Shown: positions 20,221 through 30,047, numbered from the stretch's first letter. The stretch: 64,000 nt of DNA from Actinomycetales bacterium (GCA_051960855.1 JBQCDV010000038.1:2625-66624); one strand, 5' to 3'. The notes: generated by a model from the letters alone, not told the origin. Numbers and translations are program-made.

Positions 20221-23200
20221 GCGCCGACATCACGGTCGTTGTCATCGTCTACAACGACGCTGCTCGACTGCCCGCCGCCGTCGACTCCGTGGTGGCTCAG
20301 CAGCTTCCCACTGGTCGGACCCTCGAGGTCATCGTCGTCGATGACGCCTCGACCGACGGCTCCGGAGACGTCGCCCGCCACCTCGCGCAGACGCGCAGCA
20401 CGCCGAGCTGCGTCGTTCGGGCTCTGACCCTCCCCACCAACAGCGGCGGCTGCAGCCGGCCGCGCAACGTCGGGATCGACGCCGCGCAGGGCCGCTACGT
20501 GATGTTTCTCGACAGTGACGACGTGCTGCCCCCGGGTGCCTGCGCCGCGCTGCTCGCCGCCGCCGAGCGGGAAGCCGCGCCGGTCGCGGCCGGACTGTGC
20601 ATCCGACGGCATCTGGCGACGGGGCGTGACGAGCGCTGGTACCGCTACCTCTACGAGGCCGACGACGTCATCACCGACCTCGCGGACCGGCCCGACCAGC
20701 TCTACGACACGCTGTCGACCAACAAGCTGTACCTGCGTAGCTACCTCGACGAGCACGGGCTGCGCTTCCCGGAGGGCCTGCACTACGAGGACCTGCTCTT
20801 CTCGACCAGCGCCTATGTGACAGCCGCGCGCATCGCCATCACGGCCGCCCCCGTCTACATCTGGCACATCGCCGACGAGAGCGCGCCGGCCTCGATCAGC
20901 CACCGCCGCTTCGACCTGCGCAACTGGGCCGACCGGATGGAGGTGCACCGGCGTTCGGACGCGTACCTGCGGGAGGCGGGCGTCGCGGCGCACCTGCAGG
21001 GGGCCAAGGACCGCAAGTTCCTCAACCACGACCTCAAGCTCTTCCTCGAGGACGTCCTGACCTACCCCCCGGAACAGCGGACCCGGCTGCTCGACCTCGT
21101 CGCCGACTACCTGACAGAGCCGCGACCCGATGGCTTGCCGCCGGTGCTGGCCTCGGCCCCCGACGCGCATCGGCCCTCGCGCCTGGCGGCCTTCGTCGTC
21201 GCGGCCCGCGACCTTCCCCGGGTGCTGCAGGCGGCGAGGTTCTATGTCACCGGCCAGGTCGACTTCCCGGTCGTCGCGGGCGAGGACGACGGGGTGCGGC
21301 ACCTGCGCTGGGAGGCGCGGGAGCTGGCCGGCGCCGACCTCGACCTGTCGGACACCGGCTGGCTGAGCGCTCCGCTCTCCCTCGTCCCGATCGGCGCGGT
21401 CGTCACACACGTTGCGCTCGAGGAGCCCAGCGGCGAGCTGCGCCTCACCGGCCGGCTGTGGGACGTCGGTGGTCGCCTGTGGGGTGGGGACCCCGAGCTG
21501 CTCCTCGTGGTGCGCGGTGCGCTGGGGCGACTGCGGTGGTCTCGCCCGCTGTCCGCCGTCAAGCCGGCCTCACCGGCGGAGCCGTGGGGCTTCGACGTCC
21601 CCGTGGACCTGGCCGCCGTCGCGCAGGCGCTGCGACCGGTCGACCTTGCGCTGGGCTCAGGGCCCGTCCTGCGTATCGAGGCGACGCTGCAGGGCGAGAC
21701 CCGGCGCGTGCGGCTCGCGCTCGACCTCGCCGACCGCGACGTGCTCCCACTCGACCTCGGGACGCTCGGAACCCGCTGGGCCCCGCTGCTGGGACGCAGC
21801 TGGGGACTGACCGAGCAGCGGGGTGTCCTGACCCTGCAGTTCCCATCCGCCGCTGCCGCGGTCACGTCGACGGGTGCGCTCGTCCGGCGTGCCAGAAGCT
21901 CCGGCTACGCCGGGCGCCTGCGCCGTGCCGCCCGTGTCGGCGCGGCCATCGCCCGCCGCCGTCCGCCCGCCGACCTGGTCTTCCGGCTCGCGCAGCGGCT
22001 GCCGGTGCGTCCGGGCACCGCGCTGTTCGAGAGCCACCTGGGGCGGCAGTACAGCGACAGCCCGAAGTACGTCTACGAGGCACTCGTCCGCTCCGGGGCC
22101 CCGTGGCAGGTGACCTGGTCCTACGCCGACACCACCGCCGGCTTCCCCGCGTCGGCGAGGAGAGTGCGGCGCGGCAGCTGGCGCTGGGCGCTGGCGCTGG
22201 CCACCAGCGAGGTGTGGGTCGACAACCAGGGCTGGCCCCGATGGGTGACTAAGCGGCCCGAGCAGCGCTACCTGCAGACCTGGCACGGCACGCCCCTGAA
22301 GACGATGGGCTTCGACGAGCCGACCTTCAAGCGCGGCAGCGGCGCCGACCGAGCGCGGCTGCGCCGGATGGCCGAGCGCTGGGATTGGTTTGTGGCGCCG
22401 TCGCGCTACACCGAGGAGCGGCTCACCTCGGCGTTCGGCTACACGGGGGAGGTCCTCCGCGTCGGCTACCCGCGCAACGACCGGCTCGTCCGCCACACGC
22501 CGGGCGACGTCCGCGCGGTCCGGCACCGCTTAGGGCTGCCGGACGGCAAGCGCGTCGTGCTCTACGCGCCCACGTTCCGTGACGCCGCGCGGAAGGCCGG
22601 GACGCCGTTCTCGCTGCCTCTTGACCCTGCCGAGTTCGCCCGGCGCTTCCCGGACGCGATCCTGCTGGTGCGCACCCACTACCTCGACGAGTGGAGCGCG
22701 CCCGAGGGGCTGCACGACAGCGTCCGCGACGTCAGCGGCCATCACGACGTGACCGACCTGATGCTCGCCGCAGACGTCCTCGTTACTGACTACTCGTCGG
22801 TCATGTTCGACTGGGTGACGACGGGACGACCGGTCGTCTTCTTTCCCTACGACTACGACGACTACGTCCGCGACCAGCGAGGCACCTACTTCGACCTGCT
22901 TGCCGAAGCCCCCGGCCCGGTCGCGATGACGGCACCCGAGCTGCTCGACCTGCTGGCGCTGCCCGACGCCGAGCTACAGACCCGCTTCGCCGCCCGCTAC
23001 CGCGACTTCGTCGACCGGTACACCGACTACGAGACCGGGCATGCCAGCGAGTCCGCGGTCGAGGCCGTCTTCGGCGTGCCCGCGCCGGTGGCGGACGAGC
23101 CCCCCGCCGAACGGCGTCGCGTCGTGATCGTCGCCAACTCCATCGACACCCTCGGCGGTGTGCAGCGCGTCGGGCATGCCCTCGCCGCCGGCTTCGCCGA

Positions 23201-24254
23201 GCGCGGTCACGACGTCGAGCTGGTCGGGATCCGGCACGACGAGCCGCACCACGACTTCGCCGTTCGTGGATATCGCGCGTGGACGCTCTACGACGAGGGC
23301 TTCGAGCCGGGTCGACGCCTCCCCTCCCGCCTCAACCGGTTCGACCTGCCGCGTCGCCGGCAGCGCACGCGGATGCGGCGCGAGGCAGTCCGCCGGCTGT
23401 CCGGGGCCATCACCCGCGAGCCGGGCACGATCGTCATCTGCATGCAGGTGTGGGCGATGCGGTGGCTCAGCGGCTGCGACCTCAGCCGCGTGCGGCTGGT
23501 GGTCCAGTCGCACGAGGACTACTCGGCGTCGAAGGGGCTGACGCCGGCGTCGGAGGGATCGCTGCGCTACGCGCGCATGGACCGCTACTACCGCGGGGCA
23601 GACCGGCTCCTCACGCTCACAGAGGAGGATGCAGCGGCCTTTCGGGCCGACGGGTTCCAGCACGTCGAGGCGATGCCCAACCCGCTGTCGATGGAGGTCG
23701 GGCCGCCTGCCGCGCTCACCGCGCCAGTGGTCCTCACCGTCGGCCGCTACGACGCCCAGAAGAACCAGGCCGCCCTCATCGACGCCTGGGCGCTGCTCGC
23801 GGACCGGCACCCCGGGTGGCGGTTGCGACTCGTCGGTGCCGGCCCGTTGGAGGCCGAACTGCGCGCGCAGGTGACCCGGCTGGGGCTCGACGGCTGCGTC
23901 GAGGTCGCAGGGCCGAGCAACGACGTGCGCGCCGAACTGCAGGCAGCGGCTGTCTTCGCGCTGCCCTCCGACTTCGAGGGCCTGCCCGTCGTCGTTGCCG
24001 AGGCCATGGCCAATGGCCTGCCCGTGGTTGCCTTCGACTGCGGCCCCGGGCTGCGCGAGATGGTGCAGGACGGCGAGACCGGGCTGCTGGTCGACAAGAA
24101 CGACGTTGCCGGGCTGGCCGGCGCGCTCGAACGGCTCATGTCCGACCTCGAACTGCGCCGGCGGCTGGGGGCCGCTGGCCAGGTCGCCGTCCAGCGGTAT
24201 GACCCGGCGGTCGTCTTCGAGCGCTGGGAGCGGCTCTTCGACGAGCTCGGCTAG
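20217..24254 (+). CDS. Trifunctional fusion: GT2 glycosyltransferase, then CDP-glycerol glycerophosphotransferase (TagB/TagF family), then GT4 (group 1) glycosyltransferase
   Basis: N-terminal 'VVVIVYNDAARLP ... VVDDASTDGS ... FLDSDDVLPPG' is GT2. Middle 'LQTWHGTPLKTMG ... VLYAPTFRD ... [11 protein letters not shown] ... VVFFPYDYDDY' is TagF-like. C-terminal 'VVIVANSIDTLGGVQRV ... EGLPVVVAEAMANGLPVVAFD' is GT4. ATG overlaps the upstream GT2 stop (ATGA). Uninterrupted 1345-codon frame. Confidence 0.8.
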   Translation: MSADITVVVIVYNDAARLPAAVDSVVAQQLPTGRTLEVIVVDDASTDGSGDVARHLAQTRSTPSCVVRALTLPTNSGGCSRPRNVGIDAAQGRYVMFLDSDDVLPPGACAALLAAAEREAAPVAAGLCIRRHLATGRDERWYRYLYEADDVITDLADRPDQLYDTLSTNKLYLRSYLDEHGLRFPEGLHYEDLLFSTSAYVTAARIAITAAPVYIWHIADESAPASISHRRFDLRNWADRMEVHRRSDAYLREAGVAAHLQGAKDRKFLNHDLKLFLEDVLTYPPEQRTRLLDLVADYLTEPRPDGLPPVLASAPDAHRPSRLAAFVVAARDLPRVLQAARFYVTGQVDFPVVAGEDDGVRHLRWEARELAGADLDLSDTGWLSAPLSLVPIGAVVTHVALEEPSGELRLTGRLWDVGGRLWGGDPELLLVVRGALGRLRWSRPLSAVKPASPAEPWGFDVPVDLAAVAQALRPVDLALGSGPVLRIEATLQGETRRVRLALDLADRDVLPLDLGTLGTRWAPLLGRSWGLTEQRGVLTLQFPSAAAAVTSTGALVRRARSSGYAGRLRRAARVGAAIARRRPPADLVFRLAQRLPVRPGTALFESHLGRQYSDSPKYVYEALVRSGAPWQVTWSYADTTAGFPASARRVRRGSWRWALALATSEVWVDNQGWPRWVTKRPEQRYLQTWHGTPLKTMGFDEPTFKRGSGADRARLRRMAERWDWFVAPSRYTEERLTSAFGYTGEVLRVGYPRNDRLVRHTPGDVRAVRHRLGLPDGKRVVLYAPTFRDAARKAGTPFSLPLDPAEFARRFPDAILLVRTHYLDEWSAPEGLHDSVRDVSGHHDVTDLMLAADVLVTDYSSVMFDWVTTGRPVVFFPYDYDDYVRDQRGTYFDLLAEAPGPVAMTAPELLDLLALPDAELQTRFAARYRDFVDRYTDYETGHASESAVEAVFGVPAPVADEPPAERRRVVIVANSIDTLGGVQRVGHALAAGFAERGHDVELVGIRHDEPHHDFAVRGYRAWTLYDEGFEPGRRLPSRLNRFDLPRRRQRTRMRREAVRRLSGAITREPGTIVICMQVWAMRWLSGCDLSRVRLVVQSHEDYSASKGLTPASEGSLRYARMDRYYRGADRLLTLTEEDAAAFRADGFQHVEAMPNPLSMEVGPPAALTAPVVLTVGRYDAQKNQAALIDAWALLADRHPGWRLRLVGAGPLEAELRAQVTRLGLDGCVEVAGPSNDVRAELQAAAVFALPSDFEGLPVVVAEAMANGLPVVAFDCGPGLREMVQDGETGLLVDKNDVAGLAGALERLMSDLELRRRLGAAGQVAVQRYDPAVVFERWERLFDELG

Positions 24255-25528
24255 CCGGAGTGGGCGGCGTTCGTGGTCTCGTCGCCGGTGTTCGCGTCGC
24301 TGCGTGAGGTGCTGCCCACACTGCTACCTGCAGTGCTACCGGGACCGCTCTCGCTGGGGGAGGCGGTCGACGCCGTTCCTGGCCCGGGCTGCCCGTCGCC
24401 GGAGAGCAGCGCCATCGCTTTGCGCGACTGGGAGTAGGCCCGGTAGACCGCGCGCGTCAGGCCGAGACGACGACCGCCCTTGCGTGGCTGCTGCGGGTCG
24501 AAGTCGTCGTTGTCGACGGCCAGCGGCGAGTCCTCGCGGGTGAGCAGGGCCACGATCTCCTCGCGCACGATGCGGCGCAGGTCGTCCTCGGTTGCCATGT
24601 CGAACCATTCCTCGGATGTCGGGTCGGCGCCGCTCGGGGGCAGGAGCGGGTAGAGCGGGATCGTCGTGCGGGTGGTGCCCTTCGGGTCGTAGCGCGCCTC
24701 GTAGGCATCCACGACGTCGTCGGCGGGGCCGTCCATCAGCATCCGGCCGTCCTCCAGCCAGATCGCGCGGTCGCAGGTCTCGCGGACCACGGCTAGCGAG
24801 TGGCTCACGAGGAACACGGTGCCGGCCTCCTCGCGCAACTCGGCGATGCGGCGTTCGCTCTTCTGCCGGAACTCCGCATCGCCCGTCGCCAGCGCCTCGT
24901 CGATGAGCAGCACGTCGTGGGACTGTGCGGCTGCGATCGCGAACCGCAGGCGTGCTCCCATCCCGGAGGAGTAGGTGCGCATGGGCAACGAGATGAAGTC
25001 TCCGATGCCGGCGAAGTCGACGATGTCCTCGTAGGAATCCTTGACCTGCTGGGGCGTCATGCCCATCGCGAGACAGCCGAGCTCGACGTTGCGCTCCCCG
25101 CTCAGGTCGTTCATGAGGGCCGCGTTGACGCCGAGCAGGCTCGCCTTGCCCCGCGTCCAGACGGTCCCGCGCTCGGGCGGCAGGAGGCCGGCGATCGCCC
25201 GTAGCAGCGTCGACTTGCCCGACCCGTTACGGCCGATGAGCCCGATGGCCTCACCCTCGTACGCGGTGAAGCTGACGCCCTTGACGGCGTGGACCTCGCG
25301 CAGGGTGGGGGCATTCTGCCGACGCAGGATGCGGCGGAACGCGTTGGCGGCGTTGCCCTTGCCCGTCCCACTGCCGTAGACGCGGTAGACGACATGGACG
25401 TCGTCGACCACCACCGTCGGAGGCACGTCGAAGGGCCACGGGGTGGAGGACTCCACCGGTGCCGAGGGTGTGTCGCTGGCGCCCGGTTCAGCGAACCGGA
25501 AGCGGGTGTCCGTCTCAGCCGCGGCCAT
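24251..25528 (-). CDS. ABC transporter ATP-binding protein, polysaccharide/teichoic-acid export type (TagH/Wzt-like), with a ~150-aa low-complexity C-terminal tail
   Basis: Walker A 'GRNGSGKSTL', signature 'YSSGMGARLRFA' and Walker B 'LLIDEALATGD'. Stop overlaps the convergent 1345-aa gene. Start overlaps the permease stop. Confidence 0.85.
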   Translation of the reverse strand: MAAAETDTRFRFAEPGASDTPSAPVESSTPWPFDVPPTVVVDDVHVVYRVYGSGTGKGNAANAFRRILRRQNAPTLREVHAVKGVSFTAYEGEAIGLIGRNGSGKSTLLRAIAGLLPPERGTVWTRGKASLLGVNAALMNDLSGERNVELGCLAMGMTPQQVKDSYEDIVDFAGIGDFISLPMRTYSSGMGARLRFAIAAAQSHDVLLIDEALATGDAEFRQKSERRIAELREEAGTVFLVSHSLAVVRETCDRAIWLEDGRMLMDGPADDVVDAYEARYDPKGTTRTTIPLYPLLPPSGADPTSEEWFDMATEDDLRRIVREEIVALLTREDSPLAVDNDDFDPQQPRKGGRRLGLTRAVYRAYSQSRKAMALLSGDGQPGPGTASTASPSESGPGSTAGSSVGSTSRSDANTGDETTNAAHSG

Positions 25529-26340
25529 AGGTCTCCTCCCCTCGGTAGAAGACGGTGAAGCCGACGAGCAGGCCGACGACCGCCCAGACGATCGCGTACA
25601 GCCAGGTGTGCGGCCCGGCGTTGTGCTCCCGCAGCAGGGCGTCGCGGATGAGTTCGATGTAGACGGAGCCCGGGTTGGCTGCGAGTAGGAACTTGATGAG
25701 GTGGGGTGCGTCCTTGGCCTTGTCCTGGATCGAGTAGAAGACGCCCGAGAGGTAGAGCCAGGTGCGCAGGATGAACGGGAGCAGCTGGCTGACGTCCGGG
25801 ATGTTCGCGCCGATGCGTGCCATCACGAAGCTGGCGCCGACGTTGAACATCGTCTGCAGCAGCAGGGCGGGAAACACGAGGAGCCAGGCGAACGTCAGCG
25901 GCTCGCCGGTCAGCAGCACGATGATCGCCAGCACCACCATCGAGACCGCCAACTGCTGCAGCTCGATGATGACCAGCGCCAGCGGCAGGGTGGCCCGCGG
26001 GAAGTGCATTGCCCGGATGAAGCCGAGGTTGTCGATGATGGCGCGGGCACCGCTCTGGACCGAACGCTGCGTGTAGGTGAAGACGAAGATGCCGCAGACG
26101 AGGTAGGCGATGTAGTTGGGAACGCCGGACTTCGTCTTCAGCAGGATGCCGAACACGAGGTAGTAGACCGCGGCGTTGAGCAGCGGCGTGAGGACCTGCC
26201 AGACCTGCCCGAGGCGGGCGGTGCTGTACACGGCGAGGTTGCGCGCACTGGCGAAGGAGACGATGAAGTGCCGGCGACCCCAGAGCTCGGCGAGGTACTG
26301 CCCGAGCGGAGGGCGCTCCGCCGACTGCTGCAGGCCCATC
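25515..26340 (-). CDS. ABC-2 type transporter permease (TagG/Wzm-like)
   Basis: Six TM helices with an ABC-2 pattern ('GRRHFIVSFASARNLAVYSTARLGQVWQVLTPLLN'). Start chosen at the internal ATG (MGLQQ). The ORF extends to 26708 with a non-membrane, low-complexity N-terminus that is probably not translated. Confidence 0.7.
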
Positions 26341-26633
26341 CGCTCCGCGAACGCGCCGAGGGACTCGCCCGAGCGCTGGGCAAAGTGCGAGGAGGCCTCG
26401 CGCGGGTCGTTGTCAGGAGCCGGTGAGCTTCGGCCCGAGTCGTCGCCCGGGCCCCCACTGCCGCCGGTCCTGGCCACCGCTGTCGTCACGGGGGCCAAGC
26501 CTAGGCGAGCGGCCCGCCTGTGCCTGCTCACCCCGGCGCCTCGTCGTCCACAGACGGCAATCCGTTGCTCTTTCCTCCACAGCGCACTGGCATCCCACCT
26601 GCTCAGGGGGCCGTCGCGCCTAACTTCGAACCT

Positions 26634-28214
26634 ATGTACGAGTCCTCGAATGACCCTCCTATCCCTGAGGGAGACGGCTGTGGGAGTGGCGGCTTCCGGC
26701 GAGCGCATGCCGCTCCCGAGGGCGGCGCCTTCACCTTCAGCGGTCGCAGCCCTGGGGCGGAGGTGGTGGCGGACCTGGAGCGCCTGGAGCTACCGCGATG
26801 CTCGGACGCGGAGGTCGTGGAGGTCATCAAGGCGTGGCAAGCGGTGGAGTCGCGCGCGAAGGCACGACTGTGGGAGGCGGTGACGGAGTTCATGCGGCGT
26901 CGCCCCCGAGAGGGACGAGGCGAGGACCCCGGTGCGCCGTGGGACCGGGACGTATCGGGATTCGCCACGGCAGAGGTCGCGGCTGCCTTGAACCTGCCGT
27001 TGTCCGCCGCTGACAACCTCGCGGCGGAAGCCGCCGAGGTCCAGCAGCAGTACCCGGCGCTGGTCGAGTCCTTGGGCGAGGGCCGCGTCAACCCCTCCCG
27101 CTTCTACACGGTCGTCCGCGGGCTGCGCGGGGTGGACGAGAAGGTCGCCCAGGCGGTGCTGGAGGCGGTGCTTCCCGATGCCGAGGGCCCGGTGTCCAAC
27201 GGGACCCTGCGCAGCCGCCTGCGGCGTGCGGTGATGCGCGCCGACCCGGAGGCCGCCGTTCGCCGCTGCGAGGAGGCCGCCCGCCGGGACACCGCCCTGG
27301 TCCTCCACCCGAGAGAGGACGCGATGGCCAGCCTCGTGGCGACCGCCCCCGCGGTGGACCTGGTCGCCGTGCACACGGCGGTCGACGCCTTCGCGAAAAC
27401 GCTGGCCGACGCCGGCGCTCCAGGGGCGCTGGCCAAGCTTCGCGTGCGCTCCCTTCAGGAGCTCGTCCTCACCCACCCCGCCATCACGGGCCTGGGTCCA
27501 TGGCAGCGCGCTCTCGGACTGCCCGTCACCAGTGACACCTCCCGCACCCGTGGAGGGGCGCCTGCCGGACGGGAGCGGGGCCAAGCGACTGGCGGGGTCG
27601 GCTCGACAGCGGACGACGCCGTGGGAGGCGTCGACGACGAAGGGCGGCTCCAGCTGGGGCTGCCGTTGAGTGAGATCCCCACCTTCGGCTGCGGATCCGC
27701 CGGCAGGTTCTCCTCACTGACGATGGTGGCCATTCCATATGACGTGCTCCTGGGCGTCAGCGAGGCGCCTGGCGAGCTCGTGGGCTACGGGCCGCTTCCG
27801 GCTCCGGTGGCCCGCGCTATCGCCGGCGATCAGACCGGTACCTGGCAGAGACTCGTGACCGATCCGCTCAGCGGCTCCGTGCAGGACTTCGGGACGACGC
27901 GCTATCGGCCTCCGGCCAAACTGGCCGGCCACGTCGTCACCCGAGACTGGACATGTCGAGCTCCCGGCTGCTCTGCCCCTGCCGTCGTCTGCGACCTCGA
28001 TCACGCGACCCCGTACCGCCATGACGGTACGGGTGGGGCCACCTGCGCGGCCAACCTCATCCCGCTGTGCCGTCGGCACCACCGGTGCAAGACGTTCACG
28101 GGCTGGACGGTGCGGCGTGAGCCCGACGGCAGAGTCGTCTGGCGCACACCCACGGGGCACGAGTACGTGACCTATCCCGACGGGCCGGTCCAGGACTGGG
28201 CGGCGCAGGACTGA
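26634..28214 (+). CDS. DUF222 / HNH endonuclease-domain protein (13E12-repeat family)
   Basis: C-terminal HNH motif 'CDLDHATPYRHDGTGGATCAANLIPLCRRHHRCK' and a DUF222-like N-terminal region. Start set at ATG 26634 (MYESSND). The ORF is open from 26520. Confidence 0.75.
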   Translation: MYESSNDPPIPEGDGCGSGGFRRAHAAPEGGAFTFSGRSPGAEVVADLERLELPRCSDAEVVEVIKAWQAVESRAKARLWEAVTEFMRRRPREGRGEDPGAPWDRDVSGFATAEVAAALNLPLSAADNLAAEAAEVQQQYPALVESLGEGRVNPSRFYTVVRGLRGVDEKVAQAVLEAVLPDAEGPVSNGTLRSRLRRAVMRADPEAAVRRCEEAARRDTALVLHPREDAMASLVATAPAVDLVAVHTAVDAFAKTLADAGAPGALAKLRVRSLQELVLTHPAITGLGPWQRALGLPVTSDTSRTRGGAPAGRERGQATGGVGSTADDAVGGVDDEGRLQLGLPLSEIPTFGCGSAGRFSSLTMVAIPYDVLLGVSEAPGELVGYGPLPAPVARAIAGDQTGTWQRLVTDPLSGSVQDFGTTRYRPPAKLAGHVVTRDWTCRAPGCSAPAVVCDLDHATPYRHDGTGGATCAANLIPLCRRHHRCKTFTGWTVRREPDGRVVWRTPTGHEYVTYPDGPVQDWAAQD

Positions 28215-28277
28215 GCGGTCCAGGACTGGGCGGCGCAGGACTGAGCGGCGCAGGACTGGGCGGCGCAGGAGCCCGCT
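28188..28277. repeat. 30-bp tandem direct repeat x3 (GTCCAGGACTGGGCGGCGCAGGACTGAGCG; third copy degenerate) spanning the HNH gene stop and the convergent GT2 stop
   Basis: Direct reading. Copy 1 encodes the last 8 codons plus TGA of the HNH gene. Copies 2 and 3 repeat the same codons plus stop downstream. Confidence 0.8.
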
Positions 28278-29187
28278 AGATGACGGGCGGCCTGCCGAGC
28301 AGGGTCATGCGCCAGGCGGTGGTCCAGCGCATGGGCTGGCGCGGGCCGGCGTCGGTCCTCCATCCCTCGGCAAAACCGCGCAGCCAGACAGCCAGGTCGC
28401 GGCTGGGTCGCAGCCGGACAGTCATGAGCGCCGTCCAGACGGCGAGGTAGGCGACCGCCATTGGCCACGGCAGGCGTCGGCGCGCAAGCCACACTCGGTT
28501 GCGCGCGTTGAGGCGGAGGTAGGCGGCATGGCGGCCAGGCGTGGTCGCCGGATGCTCGACAACGACCAACGGCTCGTAGGCGATCGCCCACCCGGCGTCG
28601 AGGGCGCGCCAGGCCAGGTCCGTCTCCTCGTGGGCGTAGCCGAACTCGTCGGGCAGACCGCCGACGGACTCGAGCACCGTCCGTCGCACGGCGCATGCGC
28701 CTCCCAGGAAGGTGGTGACGTCCGAGCCACGCCGGGGGTCTCCCACCAGCACTCGCGGCACGTGTCGCCGTTGCACGGCTCCAGAGCCGGGGTCGGCCAG
28801 CAGGAAGCTCAGGATTCCCAGACCGGGGCGGTTGGCGAAGGAGGTGACGATGACACGTCCCGCATCTTCGGCAGCGAACTCGGCGTCATCGTCGAGGAAG
28901 GCCACGACTGGTGCCGCGGTCGCGGCCCAGCCCACGTTGCGGCCACCGGGGATGCCGAGGTTCGTCTCGAGGTCGATGGCCCTGACGCCGGGCATCGGTG
29001 GGACGGGAGCGCCGTTGCCGACGACGACGATCTCCGCCGTCACGTCGCGGAACCGGCGGACGCTGTCGACCGCGCGCGCCAGTTCGGCGGGGCGGTCGCC
29101 CATTGTCAGGATGACGACGGCGAGGTCCGGCGAGGCGCCGTTCGGGCTGGTAGTGCCGCTGGCCGCGGGAGTTGCCGGCGGCTTCAT
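28276..29187 (-). CDS. Glycosyltransferase family 2
   Basis: 'LAVVILTMGDRPAELARAVDSVRRF ... VVVGNG ... VAFLDDDAEF' GT-A with DxD. Start ATG (MKPP) overlaps the upstream stop (ATGA). Confidence 0.75.
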   Translation of the reverse strand: MKPPATPAASGTTSPNGASPDLAVVILTMGDRPAELARAVDSVRRFRDVTAEIVVVGNGAPVPPMPGVRAIDLETNLGIPGGRNVGWAATAAPVVAFLDDDAEFAAEDAGRVIVTSFANRPGLGILSFLLADPGSGAVQRRHVPRVLVGDPRRGSDVTTFLGGACAVRRTVLESVGGLPDEFGYAHEETDLAWRALDAGWAIAYEPLVVVEHPATTPGRHAAYLRLNARNRVWLARRRLPWPMAVAYLAVWTALMTVRLRPSRDLAVWLRGFAEGWRTDAGPRQPMRWTTAWRMTLLGRPPVI

Positions 29188-30047
29188 CGCAGCCGGCTCG
29201 ACAGGACGATGCTCGCCAGATGCAGGCACCACTGCAGCACCGCGACGACGAGGAAGGCGACCACCAGCACGCGGGTGGCGGGCACAGGGGCGGTGGCCGA
29301 GCCGGCGACGACGTCAACGATCCCCGCGACCAGAAGCAGCAGCGAGGCCTCAGTCCCCCCGATGATGCGGTGGAAGGAGATGCGGGCGGCGAGGGCGCGG
29401 GCACGGGCGACGCTCGAGGAGCGGGGTGTCGTCGCCTCGTCCGTCACCGCAGGCATTCCTGCGCGGGCGCGGGCGACATCCACCAGGTCCGTCTCAGCCT
29501 TGATCAGCACGACCCCGAGGCCGGCAAGTGCCCCGACGAGGGCGTAGCCGTTGATGCCGGAATGAGCCGCGCGGATCCCGGCAGCCACCATCACGGCGGA
29601 CTCCACGACGTAGTGCCCCACGCGATCGAGGTAGACCCCGAGGAGGCTCAGCCTGCCCGTCCACCGAGCCACTTCGCCGTCGGAGCAGTCGAGCAGCAGA
29701 TAGAGCTGGATGAGCAGGGCCGAGAGAACCGCGCCCCAGACGGACGACCACAGCAGCGCCACTGCGCCGAGAAGGCCCACCACGATCATCCCGGCCGTCA
29801 GGCCGTTGGGACTGGCCCCCACCCTCACGAAGATGCGGGTGGCATAGATGGACAGGTAGCGCATGTAGAGGACGCCCGCCCAGTGCTCACCGCTGCGACG
29901 TCCGATGATGCTCGGTGGCTGCGTCACGGCCCGAAGCTCAGCGATGCTGGGGCGAGCCGGACGGTCCGGTCGAGCCGCACGGTCCGGTCGACCCGGTTGG
30001 TGGGGGGAGGCGCCGGTCATGTGGGACCCGGAAGATGTCTCAGCCAT
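29184..30047 (-). CDS. CDP-alcohol phosphatidyltransferase family membrane protein
   Basis: Signature 'DCSDGEVARWTGRLSLLGVYLDRVGHYVVE', i.e. D-G-x2-A-R-x8-G-x3-D-x3-D. About 6 TM helices. Confidence 0.8.
   Translation of the reverse strand: MAETSSGSHMTGASPHQPGRPDRAARPDRPARPSIAELRAVTQPPSIIGRRSGEHWAGVLYMRYLSIYATRIFVRVGASPNGLTAGMIVVGLLGAVALLWSSVWGAVLSALLIQLYLLLDCSDGEVARWTGRLSLLGVYLDRVGHYVVESAVMVAAGIRAAHSGINGYALVGALAGLGVVLIKAETDLVDVARARAGMPAVTDEATTPRSSSVARARALAARISFHRIIGGTEASLLLLVAGIVDVVAGSATAPVPATRVLVVAFLVVAVLQWCLHLASIVLSSRLR

Noticed and set aside
20217-24254. The 1345-aa fusion considered as an assembly or frameshift artefact merging three genes.
   Set aside because: The frame is continuous with no stop. 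The domain order exactly mirrors the adjacent split pair, and coupling signals are present only at the 5' end. It is kept as real, with the caveat recorded in the findings.
26634-28214. HNH gene considered as part of a restriction-modification or other defence system.
   Set aside because: There is no adjacent methyltransferase, ATPase or other defence-associated gene. DUF222-HNH proteins are abundant stand-alone genes in actinobacteria.
28188-28277. Tandem repeats after the HNH gene considered as a possible CRISPR array.
   Set aside because: Units are contiguous with no spacers, there are only 3 copies, and no cas genes lie nearby. This is a simple tandem duplication.
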